Assembly: GCA_009914755.4 (NCBI GenBank)
Contig: CP086569.2
Location: 30,912,001-30,976,000, forward strand
Source: the human T2T-CHM13v2.0 reference genome, Homo sapiens
Length of the DNA stretch: 64,000 nt
Direction: 5' to 3'
Part shown: piece by piece, positions 30,552 to 44,172 of the stretch
How the letters are laid out: the number at the start of each line of letters is the position of its first letter
Position numbering within the stretch: position 1 is the first letter of the stretch
The notes under the pieces: generated by a model
Database searches by the model: none
Told to the model about the DNA's origin: nothing
The model's input: only the letters and a program-made list of their open reading frames with translations
Made by a program: the position numbers and the translations under genes

Positions 30552-33510
30552 ATGGAGTCAAATGGAATGGTCTGGAATGGAATGAACACGAATGTAATGC
30601 AATCCAATAGAATGGAATCGAATGGCATGAAATATAAAGAAATGGAATCGAAGAGAATGGAAACAAATGGAATGGAATTGAATGGAATGGAATTGAATGG
30701 AATGGGAACGAATGGAGTGAAATTGTATGCAGTAGAAGGGAATAGAATGGAATGCAAGCGAAAGGAAAGGAATGGATTGGAATGGAATGGAATTCATTGG
30801 AATGGAAGGGAATGTAGTGTAATGGACAGGCCTGGAATAAAGTGGAATGCTACGGTCTCGAATGGAATAAAAATGTATGGAATGGAATGCAATGAAACGG
30901 AATCGAATGTCATAGAATGTAATGGAATGCAAAAAAATGGAATCCAAAATCATTGACTGGAAAGGCTGGGTGTCGAAAGGAATTGACTCCAATGGAATGG
31001 AATCGAATGGAATGGAAGTGAATAGAATCGAACTAAATCGAATGGAATGGAATTGATAGGAACGGAATGGAAAGGAATGCAATGATTTGGCATGGAATGC
31101 AATCGAATGGCATCGAATGGAATGGAATGGAATGCAATGGAATGGAATGTATTAGAATGTAATGAACTTTAAAGGAATGTACTCGAATGGATTCGACTGG
31201 AATGGAATGTTCTGGAAGTGAATGGACTCCAATGGAATGGATTCAAAAGGAATGGAATCGTACGGAATGGAATCTAATGGAATGGAATTAAATGGAAATG
31301 AATCAAATTGAATAGCACGGAATTGAATTGAATGGAATGGAATGCAATGGAATCTAATGAAACGGAAAGGAAAGGAATGGAATGGAATGGAATGGACTGG
31401 AATGGAAAGGAATCGAAACGAATGGAATGGAATCGAACTGAAGAGACTGGAATGGAATGCACTGGAATGGAAGGGAGTGTAATGGAAGGTTCTCGAAAAA
31501 AATGGAATCGAATGGAATGGAATTGAATGGAACGGAATAGAGTCGAATGGAATTGAATGGAATGGAATAATATGAAATGGAATGGAATGGAATGGAATGG
31601 AATGCCCTTGAATTAAATGGACTGGAATGGAATGGACTCGAACAGAGTGGAATGGAAAGTGTTGAGATAGAATGGAATGGACTCCTTTGGAATGGTGTAG
31701 TATGCAATGCAATCGACTGGCAGGGAATCAAAAGGAATGTAATGGAATGGACTGGACTGGAATGCAATGGACTCGAATAGATTGGAAACGGAATGCAAAG
31801 GAATGGAATGGAATAGTATGGAATGGAATGGAAAGGAATGGAGTGGAATAGACTAGAGTGGAATGGAATGGACTGGAAAGCAATGGACTGGAATGGATCT
31901 TTCTTGAATGGACTGGAATCAAACGGAATGGAATGCAATGCAATCAAATGGCATGGAATAAAATAGAATGAAAGAGAATCAAATGGAATTGAATCGAATG
32001 GAATCGAATGGATTGGAAAGGAATAGAATGGAATGGAATGGAATTGACTCAAATGGAATGGACTAGAATGGAATGGATTCGAATGGAAGGCAAAGGAATG
32101 GAATCTATTGGAATGGACTGTAATGGAATGGAATGGAAGGGATTGGAATGGACTCGAATGGAATGGACTGCAATAGAAAGGATTCGAATGGAATGAAAAA
32201 GAATTGAATGGAATAGAACAGAATGGAATCAAATCGAATGAAATGGAATGGAATAGAAAGGAATGGAATGAAATGGAATGGAAAGGATTCGAATGGAATG
32301 CAATCGAATGGAATGGAATCGAACGGAATGGAATAAAATGGAAGAAAACTGGCAAGAAATGGAATCGAAATGAATGGAGTGTTATGGAATGGACTCAAAA
32401 GGAATTGAATGTAATAGATTGGAGTGGAGTGGACTCGAATATAATGGACTGGAATGGAATGAAATCACATGGAATGGGAACGAATGGAATGGAATGGAAA
32501 GGAATGGAATCGAATGGAAAGGAATCGAATGGAAGGGAATGAAATTGAATCAACAGGAATGGAAGGGAATAGAATAGACGGCAATGGAATGGACTCGAAT
32601 AGAATGGACACGAATGCTCAAATTGAATGGACTCGAATGGAATGGAAACGAAAGGAATGTCATCGAATGGAATTGAATCGATTGGAATGAAATCGCATAG
32701 AATGGAGTGGAATCAAATGGAATTGAATCGAAAGGAAAGGAAGCGAATGGACTGAAATGAAATGGAATGGAATTGAATGGAAATTAATGCAATGGAATAG
32801 AATGGAACGAAATTTCACGGAATGGAATCAAACTGAATGGAATCAAATCAATGGAATCTAATCAAATGGAATGGAAAGGAATTGAATGGAGTAGATTGGA
32901 TTGGATGGGATTGGAATGAAATGTACTGGAAAGGACTCGAATTTCATGAAACGGAATGGAATGAATTGGAACGGAATGGACTCGAATGGAATGGAATGTC
33001 ATGAAATGGCATCAAATGGAATGGCATCAAATGGAATGGAATCGAATGTAATGGAATGGTATGGAATGGAATGGAATGCATTGGAATGGAATGTCCTCTA
33101 ATGGAATGGATTCGAGTGGAATGGAATCGAATATAATGGAGTCGAATGAAATGGAATTGAAAGGAATGGGATCGAATACAATGGAATATACTGGAATGTA
33201 ATGTAATGAACTCGAATGTAATTGACTGGAATGGAATGTACACGAATGGAATGTAATCGAATGGAAAGTAATCCAATGGAATAGAATCTAATGCAATAAA
33301 ACCGACTCAGATAGAGTAGAATGTAATGGAATGGAGTGCAGTGCAATGGAATGGAATTGAATTGAATGCAATGGAATGGAATCGAATGGAATGGAATGGA
33401 ATGGAATGGAATGGAATGGAATGGGATGGAATGGTATGGAATGGATAGTAATGGACTGGAGTGAAATGGACTGGAAAGGAATGGACTCAAATTGAAAGGG
33501 CTCGAAAGGA
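30552..33510 (+). repeat. HOR unit 9, short variant (2959 bp); lacks unit offsets ~1010-1625
   Basis: Anchor spacing is 2959 bp. At ~31541-31568 'gagtcgaatggaattgaatgg' is joined directly to 'aatggaataatatgaaatggaatgg', which is normally ~615 bp downstream. Confidence 0.8.
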
Positions 33511-36500
33511 ATGGAGTCAAATGGAATGGTCTGGAATGGAATGAACACGAATGTAATGCAATCCAATAGAATGGAATCGAATGGCATGAAATATAAAGAA
33601 ATGGAATCGAAGAGAATGGAAACAAATGGAATGGAATTGAATGGAATGGAATTGAATGGAATGGGAACGAATGGAGTGAAATTGTATGCAGTAGAAGGGA
33701 ATAGAATGGAATGCAAGCGAAAGGAAAGGAATGGATTGGAATGGAATGGAATTCATTGGAATGGAAGGGAATGTAGTGTAATGGACAGGCCTGGAATAAA
33801 GTGGAATGCTACGGTCTCGAATGGAATAAAAATGTATGGAATGGAATGCAATGAAACGGAATCGAATGTCATAGAATGTAATGGAATGCAAAAAAATGGA
33901 ATCCAAAATCATTGACTGGAAAGGCTGGGTGTCGAAAGGAATTGACTCCAATGGAATGGAATCGAATGGAATGGAAGTGAATAGAATCGAACTAAATCGA
34001 ATGGAATGGAATTGATAGGAACGGAATGGAAAGGAATGCAATGATTTGGCATGGAATGCAATCGAATGGCATCGAATGGAATGGAATGGAATGCAATGGA
34101 ATGGAATGTATTAGAATGTAATGAACTTTAAAGGAATGTACTCGAATGGATTCGACTGGAATGGAATGTTCTGGAAGTGAATGGACTCCAATGGAATGGA
34201 TTCAAAAGGAATGGAATCGTACGGAATGGAATCTAATGGAATGGAATTAAATGGAAATGAATCAAATTGAATAGCACGGAATTGAATTGAATGGAATGGA
34301 ATGCAATGGAATCTAATGAAACGGAAAGGAAAGGAATGGAATGGAATGGAATGGACTGGAATGGAAAGGAATCGAAACGAATGGAATGGAATCGAACTGA
34401 AGAGACTGGAATGGAATGCACTGGAATGGAAGGGAGTGTAATGGAAGGTTCTCGAAAAAAATGGAATCGAATGGAATGGAATTGAATGGAACGGAATAGA
34501 GTCGAATGGAATTGAATGGAATGGAATGCACTAGAGTGAAATGGAATCGAACCACAAGGAATGGACAGGAATAGAATGGTCTCGAATTGAATGGAATCGT
34601 ATGGAATGGCATCAAACGGAATGGAATGGACAGCCACGGAATGGAATGCACTCGAATGCAATGGAGTCGAAACTAATTGACTGGAATAGAATGGACTCGA
34701 CTGGTACGGACACCAATGGAATGGAATCGAATGGAAGGGAATCGAACGGAATGGACTCGAAGGGAAAAGACTGCAATGGAAAGGTCTCGAATGGAATGGA
34801 AATTAATGGAATGGAATGGAATCGAATGAAATGGAGTCAAAAGGAATGGAATCGAATGGCAAGAAATCGAATGTAATGGAATCGCAAGGAATTGATGTGA
34901 ACGGAACGGAATGGAATGGAATCCAAAGGAATGGAATAGAATGGAATGGAATCGAATGGAAAGGACTCGAATGGAAATCACTCGAATAGAATGCTATTTA
35001 ATAAAATAGGATCAAATGGAATGGAATGGAATGGAAAGGAATCGAAACGAAAGGAATGGAGACAGATGGAATGGAATAGAACAGAGAGCAATGGTATAGA
35101 ATGGAATGGAATCATCTGGAATGGAATTGAATGGAATGGAATAATATGAAATGGAATGGAATGGAATGGAATGGAATGCCCTTGAATTAAATGGACTGGA
35201 ATGTAATGGACTCGAACAGAGTGGAATGGAAAGTGTTGAGATAGAATGGAATGGACTCCTTTGGAATGGTGTAGTATGCAATGCAATCGACTGGCATGGA
35301 ATCAAAAGGAATGTAATCGAATGGATTGGACTGGAATGCAATGGACTCGAATAGATTGGAAACGGAATGCAAAGGAATGGAATGGAATAGTATGGAATGG
35401 AATGGAAAGGAATGGAGTGGAATAGACTAGAGTGGAATGGAATGGACTGGAAAGCAATGGACTGGAATGGAACTTTCTTGAATGGACTGGAATCAAACTG
35501 AATGGAATGCAATGCAATCAAATGGCATGGAATAAAATAGAATGAAAGAGAATCAAATGGAATTGAATCGAATGGAATCGAATGGATTGGAAAGGAATAG
35601 AATGGAATGGAATGGAATGGACTCAAATGGAATGGACTAGAATGGAATGGATTCGAATGGAAGGCAAAGGAATGGAATCTATTGGAATGGACTGTAATGG
35701 AATGGAATGGAAGGGATTGGAATGGACTCGAATGGAATGGACTGCAATAGAAAGGATTCGAATGGAATGAAAAAGAATTGAATGGAATAGAACAGAATGG
35801 AATCAAATCGAATGAAATGGAATGGAATAGAAAGGAATGGAATGAAATGGAATGGAAAGGATTCGAATGGAATGCAATCGAATGGAATGGAATCGAACGG
35901 AATGGAATAAAATGGAAGAAAACTGGCAAGAAATGGAATCGAAATGAATGGAGTGTTATGGAACGGACTCAAAAGGAATTGAATGTAATAGAATGGAGTG
36001 GAGTGGACTCGAATATAATGGACTGGAATGGAATGAAATCACATGGAATGGGAACGAATGGAATGGAATGGAAAGGAATGGAATCGAATGGAAAGGAATC
36101 GAATGGAAGGGAATGAAATTGAATCAACAGGAATGGAAGGGAATAGAATAGACGGTAATGGAATGGACTCGAATAGAATGGACACGAATGCTCAAATTGA
36201 ATGGACTCGAATGGAATGGAAACGAAAGGAATGTCATCGAATGGAATTGAATCGATTGGAATGAAATCGCATAGAATGGAGTGGAATCAAATGGAATTGA
36301 ATCGAAAGGAAAGGAAGCGAATGGACTGAAACGAAATGGAATGGAATTGAATGGAAAGTAATGCAATGGAATAGAATGGAACGAAATTTCACGGAATGGA
36401 ATCAAACTGAATGGAATCAAATCAATGGAATCCAATCAAATGGAATGGAGTAGATTGGATTGGATGGGATTGGAATGAAATGTACTGGAAAGGACTCGAA

Positions 36501-37059
36501 TTTCATGAAACGAAATGGAATGAATTGGAACGGAATGGACTCGAATGGAATGGAATGTCATAGAATGGCATCAAATGGAATGGCATCAAATGGAATGGAA
36601 TCGAATGCAATGGAATGCTATGGAATGGAATGGAATGCATTGGAATGGAATGTCCTCTAATGGAATGGATTCGAGTGGAATGGAATCGAATATAATGGAG
36701 TCGAATGAAATGGAATTGAAAGGAATGGGATCGAATACAATGGAATATACTGGAATGTAATGTAATGAACTCGAATGTAATTGACTGGAATGGAATGTAC
36801 ATGAATGGAATGTAATCGAATGGAAAGTAATCCAATGGAATAGAATCTAATGCAATAAAATCGACTCAGATAGAGTAGAATGTAATGGAATGGAGTGCAG
36901 TGCAATGGAATGGAATGGAATGGAATGCAATGGAATGGAATGGAATGGAATGGAATGGAATGGAATGGAATGGGATGGAATGGTATGGAATGGATAGTAA
37001 TGGACTGGAGTGAAATGGACTGGAAAGGAATGGACTCAAATTGAAAGGGCTCGAAAGGA
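33511..37059 (+). repeat. HOR unit 10 (3549 bp)
   Basis: Anchor to anchor. Its first ~1 kb is near-identical to the first ~1 kb of unit 9. Confidence 0.8.
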
Positions 37060-40000
37060 ATGGAGTCAAATGGAACGGTCTGGAATGGAATGAACACGAA
37101 AGTAATGCAATCCAATAGAATGGAATCGAATGGCATGGAATATAAAGAAATGGAATCGAAGAGAATGGAAACAAAAGGAATGGAATTGAATGGAATGGAA
37201 TTGAATGGAATGGGAACGAATGGAGTGAAATTGTATGCAGTAGAAGGGAATAGAATGGAATGCAAGCGAAAGGAAAGGAATGGATTGGAATGGAATGGAA
37301 TTCATTGGAATGGGAGGGAATGTAGTGTAATGGACAGGCCTGGAATAAAGTGGAATGCTACGGTCTCGAATGGAATAAAAATGTATGGAATGGAATGCAA
37401 TGAAACGGAATCGAATGTCATAGAATGTAATGGAATGCAAAAAAATGGAATCCAAAATCATTGACTGGAAAGGCTGGGTGTCGAAAGGAATTGACTCCAA
37501 TGGAATGGAATCGAATGGAATGGAAGTGAATAGAATCGAACTAAATCGAATGGAATGGAATTGATAGGAACGGAATGGAAAGGAATGCAATGATTTGGCA
37601 CGGAATGGAATCGAATGGCATCGAATGGAATGGAATGGAATGCAATTGAATGGAACGTATTAGAATGTAATGAACTTTAATGGAATGTACTCGAATGGAT
37701 TCGACTGGAATGGAATGTTCTGGAAGTGAATGGACTCCAATGGAATGGATTCAAAAGGAATGGAATCGTACGGAATGGAATCTAATGGAATGGAATTAAA
37801 TGGAAATGAATCAAATTGAATAGCACGGAATTGAATTGAATGGAATCGAATGCAATGGAATCTAATGAAACGGAAAGGAAAGGAATGGAATGGAATGGAA
37901 TGGGCTGGAATGGAAAGGAATCGAAACGAATGGAATGGAATCGAACTGACGAGACTGGAATGGAATGCACTGGAATGGAAGGGAGTGTAATGGAAGGTTC
38001 TCGAAAAAAATGGAATCGAATGGAATGGAATTGAATGGAACGGAATAGAGTCGAATGGAATTGAATGGAATGGAATGGACTAGAGTGAAATGGAATCGAA
38101 CCACAAGGAATGGACAGGAATAGAATGGTCTCGAATTGATTGGAATCGTATGGAATGGCATCAAACGGAATGGAATGGACAGCCACGGAATGGAATGCAC
38201 TCGAATGCAATGGAGTCGAAACTAATGGACTGGAATAGAATGGATTCGACTGGTACGGACTCCAATGGAATGGAATCGAATGGAAGGGAATCGAACGGAA
38301 TGGACTCGAAGGGAAAAGACTGCAATGGAAAGGTCTCGAATGGAATGGAAATTAATGGAATGGAATGGAATCGAATGAAATGGAGTCAAAAGGAATGGAA
38401 TCGAATGGCAAGAAATCGAATGTAATGGAATCGCAAGGAATTGATGTGAACGGAACGGAATGGAATGGAATCCAAAGGAATGGAATAGAATGGAATGGAA
38501 TCGAATGGAAAGGACTCGAATGGAAATCACTCGAATAGAATGCAATTTAATAAAATAGGATCAAATGTAATGGAATGGAATGGAAAGGAATCGAAACGAA
38601 AGGAATGGAGACAGATGGAATGGAATGGAACAGAGAGCAATGGTATAGAATGGAATGGAATCATCTGGAATGGAATTGAATGGAATGGAATAATATGAAA
38701 TGGAATGGAATGGAATGGAATGGAATGCCCTTGAATTAAATGGACTGGAATGGAATGGACTCGAACAGAGTGGAATGGAAAGTGTTGGGATAGAATGGAA
38801 TGGACTCCTTTGGAATGGTGTAGTATGCAATGCAATCGACTGGCAGGGAATCAAAAGGAATGTAATCGAATGGATTGGACTGGAATGCAATGGACTCGAA
38901 TAGATTGGAAACGGAATGCAAAGGAATGGAATGGAATAGTATGGAATGGAATGGAAAGGAATGGAGTGGAATAGACTAGAGTGGAATGGAATGGACTGGA
39001 AAGCAATGGACTGGAATGGAACTTTCTTGAATGGACTGGAATCAAACGGAATGGAATGCAATGCAATCAAATGGCATGGAATAAAATAGAATGAAAGAGA
39101 ATCAAATGGAATTGAATCGAATGGAATCCAATGGATTGGAAAGGAATAGAATGGAATGGAATGGAATTGACTCAAATGGAATGGACTAGAATGGAATGGA
39201 TTCGAATGGAAGGCAAAGGAATGGAATCTATTGGAATGGACTGTAATGGAATGGAATGGAAGGGATTGGAATGGACTCGAATGGAATGGACTGCAATAGA
39301 TAGGATTCGAATGGAATGAAAAAGAATTGAATGGAATAGAACAGAATGGAATCAAATCGAATGAAATGGAATGGAATAGAAAGGAATGGAATGAAATGGA
39401 ATGGAAAGGATTCGAATGGAATGCAATCGAATGGAATGGAATCGAACGGAATGGAATAAAATGGAAGAAAACTGGCAAGAAATGGAATCGAAATGAATGG
39501 AGTGTTATGGAACGGACTCAAAAGGAATTGAATGTAATAGAATGGAGTGGAGTGGACTCGAATATAATGGACTGGAATGGAATGAAATCACATGGAATGG
39601 GAACGAATGGAATGGAATGGAAAGGAATGCAATCGAATGGAAAGGAATCGAATGGAAGGGAATGAAATTGAATCAACAGGAATGGAAGGGAATAGAATAG
39701 ACGGTAATGGAATGGACTCGAATTGAATGGACACGAATGTTCAAATTGAATGGACTCGAATGGAATGGAAACGAAAGGAATGTCATCGAATGGAATTGAA
39801 TCGATTGGAATGAAATCGCATAGAATGGAGTGGAATCAAATGGAATTGAATCGAAAGCAAAGGAAGCGAATGGACTGAAATGAAATGGAATGGAATTGAA
39901 TGGAAAGTAATGCAATGGAATAGAATGGAACGAAATTTCACGGAATGGAATCAAACTGAATGGAATCAAATCAATGGAATCTAATCAAATGGAATGGAAA

Positions 40001-40628
40001 GGAATTGAATGGAGTAGATTGGATTGGATGGGATTGGAATGAAATGTACTGGAAAGGACTCGAATTTCATGAAACGGAATGGAATGAATTGGAACGGAAT
40101 GGACTCGAATGGAATGGAATGTCATGGAATGGCATCAAATGGAATGGCATCAAATGGAATGGAATTGAATGCAATGGAATGCTATGGAATGGAATGGAAT
40201 GCATTGGAATGGAATGTCCTCTAATGGAATGGATTCGAGTGGAATGGAATCGAATATAATGGAGTCGAATGAAATGGAATTGAAAAGAATGGGATCGAAT
40301 ACAATGGAATATACTGGAATGTAATGTAATGAACTCGAATGTAATTGATTGGAATGGAATGTACATGAATGGAATGTAATCGAATGGAAAGTAATCCAAT
40401 GGAATAGAAACTAATGCAATAAAATCGACTCAAATAGAGTAGAATGTAATGGAATGGAGTGCAGTGCAATGGAATGGAATGGAATGGAATGCAATGGAAT
40501 GGAATGGAATGTTATGGAATGGAATGGAATGGATTGGAATGGGATGGAATGGTATGGAATGGATAGTAATGGACTGGAGTGAAATGGACTGGAAAGGAAT
40601 GGACTCAAATTGAAAGGGCTCGAAAGGA
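37060..40628 (+). repeat. HOR unit 11 (3569 bp)
   Basis: Anchor to anchor. Confidence 0.8.
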
Positions 40629-43600
40629 ATGGAGTCAAATGGAATGGTCTGGAATGGAATGAACACGAATGTAATGCAATCCAATAGAATGGAATCGAAT
40701 GGCATGGAATATAAAGAAATGGAATCGAAGAGAATGGAAACAAATGGAATGGAATTGAATGGAATGGAATTGAATGGAATGGGAAGGAATGGAGTGAGAT
40801 TGTATGCAGTAGAAGAGAATAGAATGGAATGCAAGTGAAAGGAAAGGAATGGATTGGAATGGAATGGAATTCATTGGAATGGAAGGGAATGTAGTGTAAT
40901 GGACAGGCCTGGAATAAAGTGGAATGCTACGGTCTCGAATGGAATAAAAATGTATGGAATGGAATGCAATGAAACGGAATCGAATGTCATAGAATGTAAT
41001 GGAATGCAAAAAAATGGAATCCAAAATCATTGACTGGAAAGGCTGGGTGTCGAAAGGAATTGACTCCAATGGAATGGAATCGAATGGAATGGAAGTGAAT
41101 AGAATCGAACTAAATCGAATGGAATGGAATTGATAGCAACGGAATGGAAAGGAATGCAATGATTTGGCATGGAATGGAATCGAATGGCATCGAATGGAAT
41201 GGAATGGAATGCAATGGAATGGAATGTATTAGAATGTAATGAACTTTAATGGAATGTACTCGAATGGATTCGACTGGAATGGAATGTTCTGGAAGTGAAT
41301 GGACTCCAATGGAATGGATTCAAAAGGAATGGAATCGTACGGAATGGAATCTAATGGAATGGAATTAAATGGAAATGAATCAAATTGAATGGCACGGAAT
41401 TGAATTGAATGGAATGGAATGCAATGGAATCTAATGAAACGGAAAGGAAAGGAATGGAATGGAATGGAATGGGCTGGAATGGAAAGGAATCGAAACGAAT
41501 GGAATGGAATCGAACTGAAGAGACTGGAATGGAATGCACTGGAATGGAAGGGAGTGTAATGGAAGGTTCTCGAAAAAAATGGAATCGAATGGAATGGAAT
41601 TGAATGGAACGGAATAGAGTCGAATGGAATTGAATGGAATGGAATGGACTAGAGTGAAATGGAATCGAACCACAAGGAATGGAGAGGAATAGAATGGTCT
41701 CGAATTGAATGGAATCGTATGGAATGGCATCAAACGGAATGGAATGGACAGCCACGGAATGGAATGCACTCGAATGCAATGGAGTCGAAACTAATGGACT
41801 GGAATAGAATGGACTCGACTGGTACGGACTCCAATGGAATGGAATCGAATGGAAGGGAATCGAACGGAATGGACTCGAAGGGAAAAGACTGCAATGGAAA
41901 GGTCTCGAATGGAATGGAAATCAATGGAATGGAATGGAATCGAATGAAATGGAGTCAAAAGCAATGGAATCGAATGGCAAGAAATCGAATGTAATGGAAT
42001 CGCAAGGAATTGATGTGAACGGAACGGAATGGAATGGAATCCAAAGGAATGGAATAGAATGGAATGGAATCGAATGGAAAGGACTCGAATGGAAATCACT
42101 CGAATAGAATGCAATTTAATAAAATAGGATCAAATGTAATGGAATGGAATGGAAAGGAATCGAAACGAAAGGAATGGAGACAGATGGAATGGAATGGAAC
42201 AGAGAGCAATGGTATAGAAAGGAATGGAATCATCTGGAATGGAATTGAATGGAATGGAATAATATGAAATGGAATGGAATGGAATGGAATGCCCTTGAAT
42301 TAAATGGACTGGAATGGAATGGACTCGAACAGAGTGGAATGGAAAGTGTTGAGATAGAATGGAATGGACTCGTTTGGAATGGTCTAGTAGGCAATGCAAT
42401 CGACTGGCAGGGAATCAAAAGGAATGTAATGGAATGGATTGGACTGGAATGCAATGGACTCGAATAGATTGGAAACGGAATGCAAAGGAATGGAATGGAA
42501 TAGTATGGAATGGAATGGAAAGGAATGGAGTGGAATAGACTAGAGTGGAATGGAATGGACTCGAAAGCAATGGACTGGAATGCAACTTTCTTGAATGGAC
42601 TGGAATCAAACGGAATGGAATGCAATGCAATCAAATGGCATGGAATAAAATAGAATGAAAGAGAATCAAATGGAATTGAATCGAATGGAATCGAATGGAT
42701 TGGAAAGGAATAGAATGGAATGGAATGGAATTGACTCAAATGGAATGGACTAGAATGGAATGGATTCGAATGGAAGGCAAAGGAATGGAATCTATTGGAA
42801 TGGACTGTAATGGAATGGAATGGAAGGGATTGGAATGGACTCGAATGGAATGGACTGCAATAGAAAGGATTCGAATGGAATGAAAAAGAATTGAATGGAA
42901 TAGAACAGAATGGAATCAAATCGAATGAAATGGAATGGAATAGAAAGGAATGGAATGAAATGGAATGGAAAGGATTCGAATGGAATGCAATCGAATGGAA
43001 TGGAATCGAACGGAATGGAATAAAATGGAAGAAAACTGGCAAGAAATGGAATCGAAATGAATGGAGTGTTATGGAACGGACTCAAAAGGAATTGAATGTA
43101 ATAGAATGGAGTGGAGTGGACTCGAATATAATGGACTGGAATGGAATGAAATCACATGGAATGGGAACGAATGGAATGGAATGGAAAGGAATGGAATCGA
43201 ATGGAAAGGAATCGAATGGAAGGGAATGAAATTGAATCAACAGGAATGGAAGGGAGTAGAATAGACGGTAATGGAATGGGCTCGAATAGAATGGACACGA
43301 ATGCTCAAATTGAATGCACTCGAATGGAATGGAAATGAAAGGAATGTCATCGAATGGAATTGAATCGATTGGAATGAAATTGCATAGAATGGAATGGAAT
43401 CAAATGGAATTGATTCGAAAGGAAAGGAAGCGAATGGACTGAAATGAAATGGAATGGAGTTGAATGGAAAGTTATGTAATGGAATAGAATGGAACGAAAT
43501 TTCACGGAATGGAATCAAACTGAATGGAATCAAATCAATGGAATCAAATCAAATGGAATGGAAAGGAATTGAATGGAGTAGATTGGATTGGATGGGATTG

Positions 43601-44172
43601 GAATGAAATGTACTGGAAAGGACTCGAATTTCACGAAACGGAATGGAATGAATTGGAACGGAACGGACTCGAATGGAATGGAATGTCATGGAATGGCATC
43701 AAATGGAATGGCATCAAATGGAATGGAATCGAATGCAATGGAATGCTATGGAATGGAATGGAATGCATTGGAATGGAATGTCCTCTAATGGAATGGATTC
43801 GAGTGGAATGGAATCGAATATAATGGAGTCGAATGAAATGGAATTGAAAGGAATGGGATCGAATAGAATGGAATATACTGGAATGTAATGTAATGAACTC
43901 GAATGTAATTGACTGGAATGGAATGTACATGAATGGAATGTAATCGAATGGAAAGTAATCCAATGGAATAGAATCTAATGCAATAAAATCGACTCAGATA
44001 GAGTAGAATGTAATGGAATGGAGTGCAGTGCAATGGAATGGAATGGAATGGAATGCAATGGAATGGAATGCAATGGAATGGAATGGGATGGAATGGTGTG
44101 GAATGGATAGTAATGGACTGGAGTGAAATGGACTGGAAAGGAATGGACTCAAATTGAAAGGGCTCGAAAGGA
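40629..44172 (+). repeat. HOR unit 12 (3544 bp), 'gaagagaat' subtype
   Basis: Anchor to anchor. Confidence 0.8.
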
